DNA of 64,000 nucleotides, taken from positions 10,951-74,950 of IMG/VR virus record IMGVR_UViG_3300037455_000402; one strand, 5' to 3'. This DNA is from a virus (lineage: Duplodnaviria; Heunggongvirae; Uroviricota; Caudoviricetes). Under the pieces are notes generated by a model. The model ran no database searches. It was given only the letters and a program-made list of their open reading frames with translations, and had not been told where the DNA came from. Positions 23,736 to 33,665 of this stretch are shown piece after piece (position 1 is the stretch's first letter; the number at the start of each line of letters is the position of its first letter). Both the position numbers and the translations under genes were made by a program.

Positions 23736-23977
23736 ATATCAGTTCTGCAACAGAAGAAATTGCTACCCTCTGCTACTCGCTTAAAGCTGTTATTAAGGAA
23801 AGTAATTGCAGCCTCGAGGTCTTTATGCTTCCAATCCTCGTCTTCGCCGTATTCCTTAAATATCTCTTCAAGATATTCCTGAATAGATGCCCTCGCTCCT
23901 TCGGCAGTTCTATGAACATTAGGACTATCCCATTCCGTACAGTCAATTACCCATACAAATTCTAATTCTTTATCCAT
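23693..23977 (-). CDS. hypothetical protein (94 aa)
   Basis: ORF track; AGGAGGAAATATAAAATG RBS. Confidence 0.5.
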   Translation of the reverse strand: MDKELEFVWVIDCTEWDSPNVHRTAEGARASIQEYLEEIFKEYGEDEDWKHKDLEAAITFLNNSFKRVAEGSNFFCCRTDIWGDFYVYMMMVED

Positions 23978-23991
23978 TTTATATTTCCTCC

Positions 23992-24186
23992 TTATTCAAG
24001 GTCCAGCTCTATTTTCATCTTACCAGCAAGGTCGAAAACTGCATCAACAGTGTAGTCATAGTCATCATTATCTACAGCGCCCACACGATAATCACTACGA
24101 GTTGTTGCCAGATAATGGTTTAAAGCTATTGAGATAAGCTCAACCTCTTTATCGTTAAAGACGTATGTGTGTAATTTTTCAGCCAT
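23992..24186 (-). CDS. hypothetical protein (64 aa)
   Basis: ORF track; GAGGAGGAAGTATAATG RBS. Confidence 0.5.
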   Translation of the reverse strand: MAEKLHTYVFNDKEVELISIALNHYLATTRSDYRVGAVDNDDYDYTVDAVFDLAGKMKIELDLE

Positions 24187-24425
24187 TATACTTCCTCCTC
24201 GAGGTCGACTTCCATTACATCAGCGAACTTCTGAGCAATTACATCTGTCACACAGACATACGCATCAAGACTACTTTCAAGAGCAACCTTCTTGAAGATA
24301 CTATCAGTATGATTAATCTCGTCCATAAACATTGCCTGTCTCGCCGCAATAGCCTCGGTTATAAGAAGAATCTCTTCTCCTGTAAGAGTTAAATTGTATT
24401 CCTCTTTAAACATATTCTCGTCCAT
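24186..24425 (-). CDS. hypothetical protein (79 aa)
   Basis: ORF track; AAGGGAGGATTATTATG RBS. Confidence 0.5.
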   Translation of the reverse strand: MDENMFKEEYNLTLTGEEILLITEAIAARQAMFMDEINHTDSIFKKVALESSLDAYVCVTDVIAQKFADVMEVDLEEEV

Positions 24426-24437
24426 AATAATCCTCCC

Positions 24438-24701
24438 TTATTCACCCATAATTTCTTTTGCGATATTGAAAACCCTTTCGGTTTCATAATCAATTTTTTC
24501 AAGTGCTGAACCAATAGTTTCTACCTCTCTACGTATAACTTCAGCTTCTTTTTCATTTGAGAGGGGAAGAGCTAAATACATCTTGAGTTCTTCCACTAAA
24601 TCAGCATTACGCTCACCTAACAGCATAGTAATTTCTTTCATCTCTCTGATAGAGAGGTGGATAGTGAAAAGGGGCGCATCCAGTCTTTCATTTATATCCA
24701 T
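24438..24701 (-). CDS. hypothetical protein (87 aa)
   Basis: ORF track; GGAGGAAGAATAATG RBS. Confidence 0.5.
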   Translation of the reverse strand: MDINERLDAPLFTIHLSIREMKEITMLLGERNADLVEELKMYLALPLSNEKEAEVIRREVETIGSALEKIDYETERVFNIAKEIMGE

Positions 24702-25072
24702 TATTCTTCCTCCTTAAAAAGTTCAAAACGAGTATCTGATATTGTATTTTCAATGCTTACGAACATGGAAATAGTGTTTGCATATTCCCAAACGCTGATT
24801 TTGCCGTTATCAAATTCTTCGTGTGCAGCATTTACGAAATACTGAAGAACATTGCAAAGGTTATCCATTTCATCATCAGTAAATGTCATACCCTTTTCGT
24901 CTGTATCTTTTTCAAATTTTATTGCCAGCTTATTAATTTCTCCTACGAAATCAGTCCATTCTTTTCTGGACAAATTCTTTTCGACAGTTTTCTCTTCTAA
25001 TCCCTCAGAGATTGTTTTGAGAATACTTGTAATAAAGCGTTTATCTGTCTGATTAAACTTTATTCTTCTCAT
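24701..25072 (-). CDS. hypothetical protein (123 aa)
   Basis: ORF track. Confidence 0.5.
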   Translation of the reverse strand: MRRIKFNQTDKRFITSILKTISEGLEEKTVEKNLSRKEWTDFVGEINKLAIKFEKDTDEKGMTFTDDEMDNLCNVLQYFVNAAHEEFDNGKISVWEYANTISMFVSIENTISDTRFELFKEEE

Positions 25073-25473
25073 TCGTTCTCCTCCCTAACAAACCCAACGA
25101 ACTCATTGGGACAGCCGTGACAATCACTATTGGTGCACTCGCCACACCAGTGACCAAATGGATTCCAGCCCATACCGTCTTCGTGACAGCCGTAAGATAT
25201 TGTTGCCTGTAAACAGCCGTCGTAAATCTTTGAATAAAGTTCGCCATCGGTGTCGTCAAAACGAACAGTGTTACCAACAACATTCTCGTACTTATGAGCC
25301 TCCTCGCTAAAATGACGAAGGAAGGTTATGTCCTCCCAGTCTTCAGCCCACGACTCATCATTGGGAAACTCTTTTACCTTTTCAGCGAGATACTCTTCTG
25401 CTTTCATAAAAGCATCTCTCCAAGAGGGAAAGAGCATACAAAACTTATCTCGAAGAAATGTTATTTGTATCAT
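25069..25473 (-). CDS. hypothetical Cys/His-rich protein (134 aa)
   Basis: ORF track; AAGGAGTTTGTAAATG RBS; C-terminal HWCGECTNSDCHGCP. Confidence 0.5.
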   Translation of the reverse strand: MIQITFLRDKFCMLFPSWRDAFMKAEEYLAEKVKEFPNDESWAEDWEDITFLRHFSEEAHKYENVVGNTVRFDDTDGELYSKIYDGCLQATISYGCHEDGMGWNPFGHWCGECTNSDCHGCPNEFVGFVREENE

Positions 25474-25496
25474 TTACAAACTCCTTTCTTAACTTT

Positions 25497-25534
25497 CTAT
25501 ATATATTATAGCATAATTTTTATAAAAAGTAAAG
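25497..25534 (-). promoter_or_regulatory. consensus promoter TTTACT-N17-TATAAT
   Basis: CTTTACTTTTTATAAAAATTATGCTATAAT. Confidence 0.65.
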
Positions 25535-25539
25535 AATTA

Positions 25540-25588
25540 AAATAATAAAATTCGCCGCCATACCTATAATCTATGGGCATAGCGGCAA
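25540..25588 (-). terminator. rho-independent terminator
   Basis: stem GCCGCTATGCCCATAGATTATAGGTATGGCGGCG then TTTTATTATTTT on minus strand. Confidence 0.5.
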
Positions 25589-25591
25589 CGA

Positions 25592-25969
25592 TTACATATA
25601 AGATGCTCTTTCTGCTTTCTCTGCTTCTTTGATTTTCGCCCAGTCTGTTTCAATGACAGTGTGTGTCGGACCGCCATAGCTCTTTTCTATTTGTTCGCTC
25701 TTTTTTTGCTCAAAATGATTTAATTTCTTACAATTAGGGCAATAAATATCATAGCAATGATAAAAATGTATCTTATAGTAAAAAGTGCCTCTAAGTCCTC
25801 CATAGAAAGAAGCAGAATCAACAACATCTTTTCGTACAGTACTGTAATGACATTCACTTTCAGTAAATTCAAATACACAGTCGCAACGTTCGCATTTAAT
25901 TTCAAGAACAGGCTCGCAAGTGAAATCAGCTTCCATTACGACGTGCTTGCCAGGCTTAATTATCTTCAT
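25592..25969 (-). CDS. zinc-ribbon protein (125 aa)
   Basis: CxxC...CxxC pairs (CERCDC, CPNCKK). Confidence 0.5.
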   Translation of the reverse strand: MKIIKPGKHVVMEADFTCEPVLEIKCERCDCVFEFTESECHYSTVRKDVVDSASFYGGLRGTFYYKIHFYHCYDIYCPNCKKLNHFEQKKSEQIEKSYGGPTHTVIETDWAKIKEAEKAERASYM

Positions 25970-26083
25970 TCATAAGCTCCTCTCTGTAAGGGCAGCCCTC
26001 ACACGTATCCGTATTACATTCGCCGCAAGGTGCGTTTGCAGGGATTGGGTTGGCTACTGGCATTATACCTTTAATTTCGTCCA

Positions 26084-26392
26084 TTATAATTCCTCCATTT
26101 CCTTTTCAAGAAGTCTCTTAAACTCCATTACTCTCTGAATGTATGCGGGTGACTCTATTTTCTCCTTAACGATGTCCTGATGGGTTGCAATCCAGTCCAG
26201 ACACTTCTGACGTGTATCCTGAACTGTGTAGTATGTTCCTGTATAAAGGTCAGTTGCAGCCCATCTCTTATTCTTGTAAACCTTGTGGAAGCCGATTGTG
26301 TAGTCTTCGTTTGCCCAACCAGTTACGACCTTAATGGGCTCCCCAGTTGCTTCGATTTGTCTGATTGGAAAAGTGTACTTGTGAAAACCCAT
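26084..26392 (-). CDS. hypothetical protein (102 aa)
   Basis: ORF track; AGGAGGAATTTTAATG RBS. Confidence 0.5.
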   Translation of the reverse strand: MGFHKYTFPIRQIEATGEPIKVVTGWANEDYTIGFHKVYKNKRWAATDLYTGTYYTVQDTRQKCLDWIATHQDIVKEKIESPAYIQRVMEFKRLLEKEMEEL

Positions 26393-26405
26393 TAAAATTC
26401 CTCCT

Positions 26406-26717
26406 TTAATCTGAAAGATGTAAAAGAAACTGCCGAGGAAGAAAACCTGCCGCTATTACGTAGTTAATAGAATCAAAAACTGTAATAAACTTTGCATATA
26501 TTGTCATAGGATATGGCTTTGATAATGCTTCTTCCTGACACTTCCTCCAAGCTCTTATAAAAGTCTTTATTACTGAGCGATTATAAAGTGTATATTCACC
26601 ATCTCTTACTGCTTCAAGTGCATTTTTAGCAACAAGAGGGTCAATATCGTGCTCCTTGCGAAGAAAGTTTATAAGCTCTTCAGCCTCAACAACGGGCATT
26701 GATTCATAAGGTATCAT
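26406..26717 (-). CDS. hypothetical protein (103 aa)
   Basis: ORF track; promoter 26748-26785 upstream. Confidence 0.5.
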   Translation of the reverse strand: MIPYESMPVVEAEELINFLRKEHDIDPLVAKNALEAVRDGEYTLYNRSVIKTFIRAWRKCQEEALSKPYPMTIYAKFITVFDSINYVIAAGFLPRQFLLHLSD

Positions 26718-26747
26718 TAAATCATTCCTTTCTCTTTTTCATTTTCT

Positions 26748-26785
26748 ATATATATTATAATATAAATTTTTTAAAAAGTAAAGAA
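26748..26785 (-). promoter_or_regulatory. consensus promoter TTTACT-N17-TATAAT
   Basis: CTTTACTTTTTAAAAAATTTATATTATAAT. Confidence 0.65.
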
Positions 26786-26810
26786 AAAAGGTAGAATAAA
26801 ATTCTACCTT

Positions 26811-28082
26811 TTAATAGCCGCCCAAAGGTTTATGACTAAACCTAAAGGTCTTATATTCAATTTCTTGACCGATTTCAAGGTCCGTCCATTCGGAGTATGA
26901 AACTGGAGCGCTACGAATATCCTCTCGGTCATCGACGATTACAGCAAAATAGTGCTCGGTTCTGTCGCCAAGACGCTTGTCGCCATAATCTGGGTTAGAA
27001 ACGTCTTCGGGTATTGTTGTTTCTTTCCAGTATGGTTTACGGTCTGAGCCAGAGGTATGTAGGTCGCTATGATGTTTCCAACGGTCTATGTCATAATGAT
27101 AATACGTTTTATAAACTGGTACGTCTTTATATACAGGGTCTTGATATGTTTCTGTACGATATTCTGTGCGATAAACAGGTGTATGTGTCTCATGTTTTGT
27201 TGCCTGTCCATTACCATTATCAGAGTAGTAAACGTGAGTATCATAATGGTCAAGGACCTGATATGAGACCTGACGCGTCTTAGTTTCATAATGGTCTATA
27301 ACGTGGTCAGTGTGATGCAATCGTTCCTCTTGTGACGTTATCCTGCCGCCAGCGGGTACTGACCAATCTTCTTCGTGACAAAGAGTAAATTCTTCTACTT
27401 CAATGGTACGGTCCCACTCAAAACCAGTTACCTTACCGACTCTGGTTATAGGGAAGAAAAGCCATATAAGAAAAATTAAAGCAAGGACCCCTGCTGTTAT
27501 CTTAGCCGCAAGAGGGAATACGTCTGAATGAAGAAAGTCACTTATACCGTCTTTAGCCTTAGTTAAAAAACTTTCTTTAGGCTCTGATTCTGGTTCAGTT
27601 TCGCCGCTGTCCTTATTGGGAAAGTCTACGACGGAAGGTTCCTCTATTTCCTTGATGAAATCGTCATAGGAATATCCCTTACGAGTTTCAAATTCTTCCT
27701 TGTTCTCTTCGTCAAATGTAGGCTTATTACCAAAGTAGTCCTCTTCCGCTTCCTCTTTTCCTGCTCCGCAGTTTACACAAGATGTGTTTTCATAAGCGTT
27801 CTGATAACCGCAGTAGATACAGTTCCAGTTCGGCTTATCACTTTCAAGTTCTGTAGGTACGATTTCTTCAACAATACCCGTAGAACTTATTTCTTTCTTA
27901 TAGTCTTTCTCGCCCGTGATTATTTCGCCGCGGTCCATAGCACTGATAACTTCGGGGTTATCAGGCATCATATACTTAACCCCATTGGGTATGGAGGCTC
28001 CACAGCACGGACAAGATTTATTGTCTCCTCGAATTATATTTTTACAGGATATACAACGCCAATAAGTCCATACATTACTCAT
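26811..28082 (-). CDS. membrane protein with two N-terminal zinc ribbons and one TM segment (423 aa)
   Basis: CISCKN...CPCCGA and CIYCGY...CVNCGA; hydrophobic LAAKITAGVLALIFLIWLFF. Confidence 0.55.
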   Translation of the reverse strand: MSNVWTYWRCISCKNIIRGDNKSCPCCGASIPNGVKYMMPDNPEVISAMDRGEIITGEKDYKKEISSTGIVEEIVPTELESDKPNWNCIYCGYQNAYENTSCVNCGAGKEEAEEDYFGNKPTFDEENKEEFETRKGYSYDDFIKEIEEPSVVDFPNKDSGETEPESEPKESFLTKAKDGISDFLHSDVFPLAAKITAGVLALIFLIWLFFPITRVGKVTGFEWDRTIEVEEFTLCHEEDWSVPAGGRITSQEERLHHTDHVIDHYETKTRQVSYQVLDHYDTHVYYSDNGNGQATKHETHTPVYRTEYRTETYQDPVYKDVPVYKTYYHYDIDRWKHHSDLHTSGSDRKPYWKETTIPEDVSNPDYGDKRLGDRTEHYFAVIVDDREDIRSAPVSYSEWTDLEIGQEIEYKTFRFSHKPLGGY

Positions 28083-28097
28083 TTAACATTTCCTTTC

Positions 28098-28436
28098 TTA
28101 GTCTTTAAGAGTCCAGTTACCTATTGATACAGAAACTTCTGTACCATCACTAAGTGTAAAAGTTACTGTATCCGCTTCATAAGAGCGAGTGATAAGGTCT
28201 ATCTCCTTAATTTTATCCGTCTCATAATCAACGCCATTAAGAGTTATAGTTTTATAAGAATGAACCTTATTTCTTATCTCATCTTCTTCCCTGTGTTCCC
28301 ATGCTTTACAAGCCACTACAACGCCAACTATAACTGCACCAGTAAGAAGTATTGCAACTATTGCTGTTTTAATTTCAAAGATTAAATCTTCTTTCTCTGA
28401 ATTAGTCATATAAACCTCCTTAATAAACAAGCCCAC
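28098..28436 (-). CDS. membrane-anchored hypothetical protein (112 aa)
   Basis: TM helix AIVAILLTGAVIVGVVVAC. Confidence 0.5.
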   Translation of the reverse strand: MGLFIKEVYMTNSEKEDLIFEIKTAIVAILLTGAVIVGVVVACKAWEHREEDEIRNKVHSYKTITLNGVDYETDKIKEIDLITRSYEADTVTFTLSDGTEVSVSIGNWTLKD

Positions 28437-28839
28437 TATGGAGCATTACATATACATATTCCTCTGGATTGCCAGTAAACATTCTTGTATAATGTTTCTT
28501 AGTCATTAACTCGTCAATAAATCTTGCCGCTGCACGTCCATCTTTTCCAAGAATAGTTCTCTTTAAGATAGTAGTCGGTGCACTATACGGTGGCGCGACA
28601 GTTTCTTCTACTGACTCAAAAAGTTCTCCAAGATTGAAAATTGCCATAGATACCCGAGCATCTGCGATTAAATCACAAATACCTGTTATAGTATCCCAAC
28701 AATCATTTAAATCTTCCCAGCCGAGGTCGATTGTTATTCCCTTGTTCTTTTCTGTATCGAGCGGAAGAACGAACTTCTTTTTATATTCATCAATATAACG
28801 AAGCTCAAACGCCGCAAGCTCTCGTACCACAAACTGCAC
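28420..28839 (-). CDS. hypothetical protein (139 aa)
   Basis: ORF track. Confidence 0.5.
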   Translation of the reverse strand: MQFVVRELAAFELRYIDEYKKKFVLPLDTEKNKGITIDLGWEDLNDCWDTITGICDLIADARVSMAIFNLGELFESVEETVAPPYSAPTTILKRTILGKDGRAAARFIDELMTKKHYTRMFTGNPEEYVYVMLHSGLVY

Positions 28840-28841
28840 AT

Positions 28842-29138
28842 TTATCCCTCCATATTCATTTCAAGGTCCATAAGTTTATCATTAAGAAGTTTGCACATCT
28901 TCTGACACGCCGCCTTATCCTTGAAGTATCCATAACAGTATCCCTGCTTACCCTTTAACGTTGCGCCGCGAGACTGAAGGAAACGAAGATATTCAGGATA
29001 GGTTAAACCAAGCAAACGTGAAGCGATAACTTGGAAAGAGCCGTGAAAGATTATTTCATTGTCTCTGATTACATCGATGTCGTCAAGTGCCGCCATCCAC
29101 TTATTGCCGTCGGGCATTTCAAAGCATATATATTTCAT
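28842..29138 (-). CDS. hypothetical protein (98 aa)
   Basis: ORF track. Confidence 0.5.
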   Translation of the reverse strand: MKYICFEMPDGNKWMAALDDIDVIRDNEIIFHGSFQVIASRLLGLTYPEYLRFLQSRGATLKGKQGYCYGYFKDKAACQKMCKLLNDKLMDLEMNMEG

Positions 29139-29456
29139 TTAACTTCGTCTCCTTCTTTTTACTCCAATAAATTCTTCTCCCCAAAGGTCTTGGGGCTCTA
29201 AGTCTCCCACGAAATATTTCTCGCCACATTGACAAGAAATTCCATGTCTTACTATAACATCTGCATCTACTTCTACTATATAGGTAAGAGGAACTTTCTT
29301 GTTTAAAATTAACTTCATTATTTCACAACCATATCTTTCTCCATGAAGCTCTGCCCACCGATTTAATTCAGCAAGGTCATCATCATCAAAATTTACATCT
29401 TCACGACTCCAAATCATATCATTACCTCTTTCTGTATTTCTCTCATATCTTTCCAC
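29139..29456 (-). CDS. hypothetical protein (105 aa)
   Basis: ORF track. Confidence 0.5.
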   Translation of the reverse strand: MERYERNTERGNDMIWSREDVNFDDDDLAELNRWAELHGERYGCEIMKLILNKKVPLTYIVEVDADVIVRHGISCQCGEKYFVGDLEPQDLWGEEFIGVKRRRRS

Positions 29457-29701
29457 TCTTCCTCGGTAAGAACACAGTTATCAAAAAACTCTGCCCAGTC
29501 TTTATAGTGTCTCGGACCAATAATTTTGCTCTCATCGAATGGCGGCAGCTCTGCCTTATCTTTCTGAGAAACGTAGCCCTCAATGATATATTTAGAAACA
29601 GTTGAAGGAGAGCAGCCGACTATCTCAGCTACTCTCTTCTTAACGCCGAGTTCGAGATATAATTCATTTATCTGAATTTTGATTTCGTCTGTTATTTTCA
29701 T
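29414..29701 (-). CDS. helix-turn-helix DNA-binding protein (putative transcriptional regulator)
   Basis: KKRVAEIVGCSPSTVSKYI helix-turn-helix segment. Confidence 0.55.
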   Translation of the reverse strand: MKITDEIKIQINELYLELGVKKRVAEIVGCSPSTVSKYIIEGYVSQKDKAELPPFDESKIIGPRHYKDWAEFFDNCVLTEEEWKDMREIQKEVMI

Positions 29702-29852
29702 CTTTACCTCCTAAATCTACAACCCTTCCGTGTAACCACTGACCTTTTGTTGCAACAGGAACTCGAATAATAGGATTGTCTTTATCTTCAGCTATGACTA
29801 TCTTATCGCCATAAATGGTTTTGAAGAAATCAATCAGCATATCCTCAATCAT
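29664..29852 (-). CDS. hypothetical protein (62 aa)
   Basis: ORF track. Confidence 0.4.
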   Translation of the reverse strand: MIEDMLIDFFKTIYGDKIVIAEDKDNPIIRVPVATKGQWLHGRVVDLGGKDENNRRNQNSDK

Positions 29853-30010
29853 AAAAACATTCCTCCAAACATTGTTTGTCTGTATTCACTCGCCTTATAT
29901 CGAAGCTTCTCATTTTCTTCTTGTAAATCGAAGTATTTCTGTTCAAGTTCCTGATACTTTTTAAGTAACTTAAAGTAGGCATCTATCATTTCAACTAAAT
30001 TTTCGTCCAT

Positions 30011-30385
30011 TTAATCCCTCTCCTTAAAGAAATAATCCTCGTCAAAAGGCGGAAAATATCTGTTGTAAAGAGCAAGAATATTTGCCTTACCAACAGGGTT
30101 CATAGAGTGGCACTGAACTACATAGTTCTTAGTGTTTCTCTCAGTCTCGATAAGCCACTTAACAAGCTCATAGCCATCACCGCCGTCAAAAGCGAAGTCG
30201 CCAAGGTCATGGTCAAGGTCGATTATAAAGCGGTCACAGCCCATCTTCTCCCCATTCTCGATTGCTCTTTTAGCCTGATTAACAGACTTAACGGAGTTGC
30301 AGTTATAGTCGTGAAGCATTTGGATGCAGAAATTCATAGGACGAATATCATCAACCCAAAGGCAAAATACTCTTTCATTGTACAT
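30011..30385 (-). CDS. hypothetical protein (124 aa)
   Basis: ORF track; AAGGAGGAAAGGAAATG RBS. Confidence 0.5.
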   Translation of the reverse strand: MYNERVFCLWVDDIRPMNFCIQMLHDYNCNSVKSVNQAKRAIENGEKMGCDRFIIDLDHDLGDFAFDGGDGYELVKWLIETERNTKNYVVQCHSMNPVGKANILALYNRYFPPFDEDYFFKERD

Positions 30386-30407
30386 TTCCTTTCCTCCTTT
30401 TCATTTT

Positions 30408-30445
30408 CTATATATATTATATCATAAAATTTTAAAAAAGTCAAT
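30408..30445 (-). promoter_or_regulatory. consensus promoter TTGACT-N17-TATAAT
   Basis: TTGACTTTTTTAAAATTTTATGATATAAT. Confidence 0.7.
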
Positions 30446-30746
30446 AAAAAAAGGACGTAAAATTTAATACGTCCTTATAATTCTACCTTTATTGAAATAT
30501 ATATCTTTCCCAGTCATTAAACCTCTTGTTTTTATAACTGAAATCTTTTCTCCTTCTTCTTCTGTGTAGTAACAGAAAAGAAAAGGCGGAAAAGTGTATT
30601 TATGAAAAAGCATTAAATGATTATACATAAGATTGCGGCGGAAGAAGAGAGCATCTTCTTCATCTGCAAAAAGGAAGAAGAAGTCATCTGCATCACTGGG
30701 GAATAGAATTACTCCACCATCAAAGAAAAGTGCGCCGCCGATTTGA

Positions 30747-31073
30747 TTATGTCTGAACGTCATTCTCCTGTTCCTCTTCCCAAACGGGCGCCTCATCAGG
30801 TATAGTAAGCCACTTATTAGCTAAGAAATGACCTACAGCTTCAAGCTTAGGCTTACCTTCGCCGTCCTGTCCAAGACGAATTCTTATAGGTGAGCCAACG
30901 AGCTGCTCCCATACTTCCTTATTGGCAATATCAAGAACCTGCTGAATATTGTCAGTGTTAAGTTCAAGTGCAAATACTGCCGTGCCTGACTGTTCATTTA
31001 CAACTACTCCACATACAATCTGAAATGCGGTAGCATTAAGTAAAGTCTGCTGAATTACGCCATTAGTTTCCAT
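30747..31073 (-). CDS. hypothetical protein (108 aa)
   Basis: ORF track. Confidence 0.5.
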   Translation of the reverse strand: METNGVIQQTLLNATAFQIVCGVVVNEQSGTAVFALELNTDNIQQVLDIANKEVWEQLVGSPIRIRLGQDGEGKPKLEAVGHFLANKWLTIPDEAPVWEEEQENDVQT

Positions 31074-31306
31074 TACTGATTACCCTCCTGTGTTATATTA
31101 AGTTCTGAATTATCTGAAACTGTGGTAATTTTACCCCAGTTCATTATCTTTGGTTCTTCTCCTTTTGCTTTTTCAAGGGTGAGCAATACCTGTGCCATTT
31201 CATTAATTTTTGAATAACTATAATCACTTGCGCCAAGTGTGTCTTCAATGTCGCAGATTATTGCTGATTGAATTACATCAACACTTTGTTTATTTTTCTC
31301 GGTCAT
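31073..31306 (-). CDS. hypothetical protein (77 aa)
   Basis: ORF track; GAGGAGGAAACCTATG RBS. Confidence 0.5.
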   Translation of the reverse strand: MTEKNKQSVDVIQSAIICDIEDTLGASDYSYSKINEMAQVLLTLEKAKGEEPKIMNWGKITTVSDNSELNITQEGNQ

Positions 31307-31317
31307 AGGTTTCCTCC

Positions 31318-31542
31318 TCAGCCATCACAATGGTCTGGAAAATTCTTTGTTTGTTTCTCTTCGAGTAAATCTGTGATAATACGAGACTGTCTTTCAATAA
31401 GACGGCTCTGACTTGCATTTTCATCTTCCGCCCAATGGAGTCGTTTCTGGAGGTCTTTGATATAAGCAAAGACCTCAGTTGGACGTGTCTGTATCATAAG
31501 TTTAAGTTCGTGGTCGCTTATTGATTTCATAATATACCTCAC
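31318..31542 (-). CDS. hypothetical protein (74 aa)
   Basis: ORF track. Confidence 0.45.
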   Translation of the reverse strand: MRYIMKSISDHELKLMIQTRPTEVFAYIKDLQKRLHWAEDENASQSRLIERQSRIITDLLEEKQTKNFPDHCDG

Positions 31543-32420
31543 TTTGCATCAACAATGATAGCACCTGAATCGCCACTAACGACGTTAGGCTGCTGACCAT
31601 TCCACTTTTCAATCTTATTGTAGTCGATAAGTTCCTGAGTAATAGACTCATTTACTTTCTTGTTGGCTTCTGCCTCAGCTTCAGCCTTTACCTTAATAGC
31701 CTCAGCCTCAGCTTCAGCCTTGGTAAGAGCTGCCTTAGCTTCACCTTCTGCACGAGCCTCTGCCTCAGCTGCATCTGCCTGTGCTGCCGCAACTCTCTGC
31801 TCGTTTTCTGTAGCCGCCTTTATCTTATTCTGCTCTGCAACAAGCTTCTGTTCAATGGCGTCGTCAAAAGCCTGAGAGAAACCGAAGTTGGTAATATTGA
31901 ACTCGTCAATAACCAAACCATAATCGGCAACCTTCTTTGAAATCTCGTCCATTATAGCAATAGATACTTCGCCACGACGCTGAATAAGCTCTTCCGCTCT
32001 GTACTGGGCCATAACGCTCTTTGTAGCTTCCTGTATTGCAGGCTGTAAGATTGTATCTTCGTAGCTAAGACCTATGTTCTTGTACATAGTTACAGAACTT
32101 TCCTTAGCAAGATGATAGTTTATTGCCAGAGTTGAATTGACAGACTGAAGGTCCTTAGATGTAGAAGCTGCATCTACCTCAACCTTCTGAACCTTATTGT
32201 TTACATCAACAACGGTCTCAACAAATGGAACCTTTAAATGGAAGCCCGGTTCATAAGTCCCTTCCTGTACAGAACCCATAAATACTCTTACGCCAGTACA
32301 ACCCGTATCAACTTTTGTACAAGAGCTGCAACCACTTATAAGAAGTGCAAGAGCAAGCACGCCTGTGGCAACTGATGAACCGATTTTAATTTCTCCGTCC
32401 TTATTTACAAAAAATCCCAT
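31539..32420 (-). CDS. SPFH/band-7 (prohibitin/HflC-like) domain lipoprotein
   Basis: lipobox LLISGCSSC; central ...QPAIQEATKSVMAQYRAEELI... band-7 region; Ala/Glu coiled-coil tail. Confidence 0.55.
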   Translation of the reverse strand: MGFFVNKDGEIKIGSSVATGVLALALLISGCSSCTKVDTGCTGVRVFMGSVQEGTYEPGFHLKVPFVETVVDVNNKVQKVEVDAASTSKDLQSVNSTLAINYHLAKESSVTMYKNIGLSYEDTILQPAIQEATKSVMAQYRAEELIQRRGEVSIAIMDEISKKVADYGLVIDEFNITNFGFSQAFDDAIEQKLVAEQNKIKAATENEQRVAAAQADAAEAEARAEGEAKAALTKAEAEAEAIKVKAEAEAEANKKVNESITQELIDYNKIEKWNGQQPNVVSGDSGAIIVDAK

Positions 32421-32459
32421 TAATGTTTTCCTCCTTAAAATTGTAACAGTGTAATTATA

Positions 32460-33173
32460 TTAAAATACCCCAAGGGTACTTTCTTCAAAAGCAATCATTC
32501 TAAGGTCGTCATAAAGAATACGAGTAGTTGGAGTAAGTATATCCTTATGATAATGACCGCAGAAATGTTCCTTGTATATAACATCGTCCAAAATGCGAGT
32601 TAGTCTCTTGTCAGAAATGGTTGGCTTATAACCAAGAAAGTTACAAGTATCCACGCCGCCAGTATGACTAAATACAAAATCGACAGTATTATTATATTTC
32701 TGAAGGTTAATCTTTGCTACCTCTACGTCCTCTTCGGTGATTTGCTCCTGCTCCCACCAAGAAACGTGAGGTGTACGATAACGCTTACCATCAATAAATA
32801 TGTCGTGAGAGTCTGCACCATTTACTACAAGGCAGTTCTTACCACAAAGATTATAAACCTTGCCGCTCATAGCATAGTAAATTGAATCACTGACTTTCCA
32901 ACACATTTCGCCGCCAAAAGTTGTAGTAGGGAGCTGCTCAATGGCATCATAATTTTCGTGATTTCCAAGTACACAAAATGTAGTCCAAGGCTTATCATTT
33001 AAAAACTTCTGCCAGAATCTTTCAGTTGCAGAATCGCACCATACAAAACCTGCATCTCCCATAATAACGAGAATGTCGTCTTTGGTAAGACCATCGCACT
33101 TAAAATGGCGGCTATTCAATTTTGACATATCGAGACCACCGTGAGTGTCTCCAGTAACGAAAAGTCTTCCCAT
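32460..33173 (-). CDS. calcineurin-like metallophosphoesterase
   Basis: GDTHGG, GDAGF, GNHE, GHxH motif order. Confidence 0.6.
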   Translation of the reverse strand: MGRLFVTGDTHGGLDMSKLNSRHFKCDGLTKDDILVIMGDAGFVWCDSATERFWQKFLNDKPWTTFCVLGNHENYDAIEQLPTTTFGGEMCWKVSDSIYYAMSGKVYNLCGKNCLVVNGADSHDIFIDGKRYRTPHVSWWEQEQITEEDVEVAKINLQKYNNTVDFVFSHTGGVDTCNFLGYKPTISDKRLTRILDDVIYKEHFCGHYHKDILTPTTRILYDDLRMIAFEESTLGVF

Positions 33174-33182
33174 AGTTCCTCC

Positions 33183-33665
33183 TTATAACTTATAACAAAT
33201 GAAGAGAAAATGCTCTTCTGTTTCAAGTTTTATAAAAAGCTGATACATAGTATCCCAGTCGCCGCCAGCTAAACCGCAACCAAAACCATATGGAATTGCT
33301 ACAGTTATTTGGCTGTCTTCTGTGAAGATGTTGTCTGCGATAAGCTCTTCTTTAAGCTCGACAAAGCCCCTATAAACAGCTTCATAATTTGTGTAATTAC
33401 CATTTCTACCATACCCTTCCTGTCCAAATATATTAACGATAATATGGTCGCATATGTCGTGAGTATAATGACAGAGACAATGCCCTAAAAGGGTATCGAC
33501 AATATCACTATTATCCTGTATAAATGTTACATAGTCTTCATATAAACGAGGATACTGGTCCCGCATTTGTTTCGCAAGACCAGCTCCCATAACGCCCTTG
33601 CAATTTACCTGATGTGCAAGGTATTGAACAGGAGAGGTAAGTAAATCTCCTTTAACGAAAATCAT
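33183..33665 (-). CDS. macro domain (ADP-ribose binding/processing) protein
   Basis: GDLLTSPVQYLAHQVNCKGVMGAGLAKQ N-terminal macro signature. Confidence 0.55.
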   Translation of the reverse strand: MIFVKGDLLTSPVQYLAHQVNCKGVMGAGLAKQMRDQYPRLYEDYVTFIQDNSDIVDTLLGHCLCHYTHDICDHIIVNIFGQEGYGRNGNYTNYEAVYRGFVELKEELIADNIFTEDSQITVAIPYGFGCGLAGGDWDTMYQLFIKLETEEHFLFICYKL